From NCBI RefSeq assembly GCF_036321535.1, contig NC_087436.1, positions 13,206,001 through 13,270,000 of the forward strand: 64,000 nucleotides of DNA. The letters run 5' to 3'. Both the position numbers and the translations under genes were made by a program. Shown in pieces: positions 61,401 through 64,000 of the stretch. The stretch's first letter is position 1; each line of letters begins with the position of its first letter. The DNA is from Camelus dromedarius (Eukaryota). Under the pieces are notes generated by a model. That model had not been told where the DNA came from. It worked only from the letters and a program-made list of their open reading frames with translations, and did no database searches.

Positions 61401-62124
61401 CGATGGTATTTCATTTGGACTTTCTAATTCATCCTTTTGGGTTGATGTGATGCTCTGTCAGTGCCCCTCCTGCTTTTCCTTGGACTCTGGATGAAGGGTA
61501 GAGACTCTATATCTTCCCATATTTAAATCTCATATGGGCCTGCATACAATAGGAGCACAATGAGTGCAGTGAGAGGACCTGTGGCTGCTGTCCCAGGGCA
61601 GCCCGGCTTGCCCGGATGGGGACTGTCCAGCACTGGGTGGGCTTCTGCCAGGGGAGGTTCCCAGGGCCTCTGACTTAAAAGGAGAAGCCCACACTGCTTT
61701 CCCAGCCTTGTATGGGCACCAGAGGTGGCAGTAGAGGCGTTTTGCAGAGTGAGGAGGCAGGTGGGGCAGTAAATAAGAAAGACCTGTCTGTGTAGGGCTG
61801 AGCAAGGTGGCGGTTCGGGCTCCATCCTTCCTGGGCTGTTTGGCTTTTACCTAGGTGATCAGAGAGCACAGGTCTGGGGAGCTGAGTTGGGTCCCCATCA
61901 CTGAGTCATACCACCTCCCCCTCGACCTTCCAGACTCTCATATATCTTCCCTTTCTTCCTTCCTCCTTTCTGACTCTCCTTGCTCCAGCCACTCCTCCCC
62001 TTCCTCCACTCCTGCCTTCACTATTCATGGAGAATCTTCCACAAGGCTTTATCTCCAAGGCTATGCAGGTGCAAAGGTGAGCAGTGATCTCTGCCCTCTT
62101 GAAACTTAAAACCCCCTTGGGGAG

Positions 62125-62350
62125 ATGAGGGCTTAGTACTCAGATGGATGGAGAGTTTAATGAAGAGACACTTTACGAAGATGTCGGCGGTGTTAGGGGG
62201 ACCGTAAGGGTTTGTGAAGCGCCCATGGATTAGCCATATGGAAAGCTATCACCGGCCCTAAGCCCAAAGGAGCAAAAGAAAGGATCTGAGACCCAGAGAG
62301 AACTATAGCCACAGAGGAGGGGCTCTCTAGAAGGACCTGTGACCTCATGG
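62125..62350. mobile_element. Old ERVL/MaLR-type LTR fragment
   Basis: gagagtttaatgaagagacactttac...aagctatcacc...gacccagagagaactatagcc resembles LTR16/33-type relics. Confidence 0.4.
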
Positions 62351-62812
62351 TCTCCACGCGAATGTTTTCTTGCTCCTTACTTCCCTCTGGCTCATCAATG
62401 GCTCCCCTCCATCGTCTCCCTACAGCCTTAATTCAGCTCTTTATTCTTGTGTCTCTACTTTTCTCCATCGGAAAACGCCAGCCCTACCTAATAAGGGAGA
62501 TATAAGTCCTGGCCCTTGACTTTTTCTCGTGTCTTATAAGCCAGCATCTTAAGCTTTGGTGAAATGATGATGGAAATTTTTTTTTTTTAATTTTGGCTAA
62601 TTTTTCCAGCAGAGAAGGTGCAAAGGGTGAACCCTGCTATCACAAAGGAGCAGGGGAAGGGGGGTGCAGACTGTTAAGGTCCAGCTTCGTCTCACCACCG
62701 GGAAGGGCTACACCCAGTTTCCTCATATCCCACCACAGTTAAATGTTCATTTTCCTCCCAAGGAGAGTCCAAAACAGCCTCAGGTAGAGAAGGAACATAC
62801 CCCCTGTTAAAT

Positions 62813-63365
62813 TGTTAGGTAGTTAGACAAGTGGGGGCACATGGTAGGGAAGGTGCAGGAGAGGGAGGCTGGTCTGGAAGATGGTGTTGTGCCCACCTTC
62901 AGCATAAAGGGGCTTTACTTCCTCTAAATGAGAGCCAGCAGGAAGCCAGTTAGACCCTGACAACTGCAACTGTGCAGTAGTGACAAGGACCTAACCAGAC
63001 ATGACCCAGTGCTCACTGTAATATAATTAACACTGTGATTTAGGTCCCCCCATGGGTTTTTCCATGTGCATCATGGGTAAGGACATGCACAAAAGGGGAC
63101 AAGCGTGACCAAGCACTCTGAGGGCAAGAGCCATCAACCAATCAAGAGACCACCTCTAAGTGAAGGTGTGAGAGAAGGGGGCAAACAAAGACCACTGCTA
63201 CCCGCCCTGGGATCAGCCCGCCTCCCGTCCTTGAAGGTGTGCTTTCCTTTTGCTAATAAAACCCTTGAAATCTTCTGCTGCACAACGCTTCCATCTCCCA
63301 TCAGAATGCTTATCTTTCGGGTAAGACAAGCAGTGGGGTCTTTCCCTTCCCCTTTTGGGATAACA
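62813..63365 (+). mobile_element. Complete ERV 5' LTR (family B)
   Basis: tgttagg...ggataaca; aataaa at 63255-63260; followed by a PBS. Confidence 0.88.
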
Positions 63366-63368
63366 TCT

Positions 63369-63386
63369 TGGTGCCTTGACTCAGCT
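63369..63386 (+). other. Retroviral primer-binding site, tRNA-His type
   Basis: tggtgccttgactcagct is 15/18 identical to TGGTGCCGTGACTCGGAT (complement of the tRNA-His 3' end), 3 nt after the LTR's terminal CA. Confidence 0.75.
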
Positions 63387-63767
63387 TCGAACCAAGGTTG
63401 CTGCTGCTCTAGTGCAGCCCTGGTGGAGGACTACACCTCCTGTTAAATGACTTGAGAAATAGCAAGCCCAGAAGTTTTGTTGTTTCTGATCCAGTTTATA
63501 TGTAAAGCCACCACACTAGCTGAAAAGAAGTTTGTCCATATCCTCATATCTGGGAGACGGCGGCCTTAGACTGTTAATTTTTAATCCCTCCCTACTGTTG
63601 GCCCAGGGTAAAGAAGAGACTCTAATCTGCTACAAACAGAAAGAGGAAGGGGAGAAATAGAAACAGGAGAGGACAGGAAAGTGGTTTTTGAAGAGAATGT
63701 GTAACAGATATTGGAATCTCTTCCCTAATTACTTCACACCTCTGATCATTAAAGAAATATTTATTGG

Positions 63768-64000
63768 TGTGGGTCGAGTTGTGTCTGCCCCTCCCCAAAT
63801 TCATCTGTTGAAGTCTTCACCTGCAGAAGGTGAACTTATTTGGAAGTACAGTCCTTGTGGATGTAATAAATTAAGATGAGGTCATGCTGGAGTAGAGCGG
63901 GTCCCTAATCCAATAGGTCTGGTGTCCTAAAAAAGGGACTTTTGGACACATACACACACCGCAGGGAGAATGCCACGTGCAGGTGAAGGCAGATGCCACT
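63768..64000 (+). mobile_element. MLT1-type MaLR LTR (runs off the window)
   Basis: ccccaaattcatctgttgaagtc...ttatttggaa...ttaagatgaggtcat...ccctaatccaat...ggtgtcct. Confidence 0.85.

Noticed and set aside
59532..63365. Two same-strand LTRs as the 5' and 3' LTRs of one provirus
   Set aside because: The upstream copy is truncated with no PBS, the PBS follows the downstream copy, and the interval shows no gag/pol/env similarity.
62669..63578. Motifs agactgttaa and tcctcatatc recurring in swapped order on either side of the LTR
   Set aside because: Only ~10-bp matches, neither inverted nor collinear; likely chance.

Overview
Mammalian genomic DNA, very probably from a camelid (Camelus/Vicugna/Lama). 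The evidence is eight copies of a tRNA-Ala-like SINE with the camelid vic-1-type body and seven copies of a young L1 3' end. The window is mostly intergenic or intronic and rich in repeats: old L1 (L1MA/MB/MC/ME-like), L2, MIR, MER5/MER20/MER2 DNA-transposon relics, MaLR (MLT1) and about ten ERV LTRs. I recognise no known protein-coding gene, and the recognisable ORF-track entries are decayed L1 ORF2 fragments. The main non-repeat signals are: an orphan YY1/ETS/GC-box promoter at ~28.9 kb; a hand-assembled, phase-compatible minus-strand exon chain (17324-17279, 4049-3963, 483-327) that may be an unannotated gene or lncRNA but could be chance; and several enhancer-like motif clusters. The most unusual repeat structure is an LTR with a tRNA-His primer-binding site flanked by a 16-bp duplication instead of a 4-bp one. 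Repeat subfamily names come from recognition by eye, not a database search, and boundaries are approximate unless a target-site duplication (TSD) is given.
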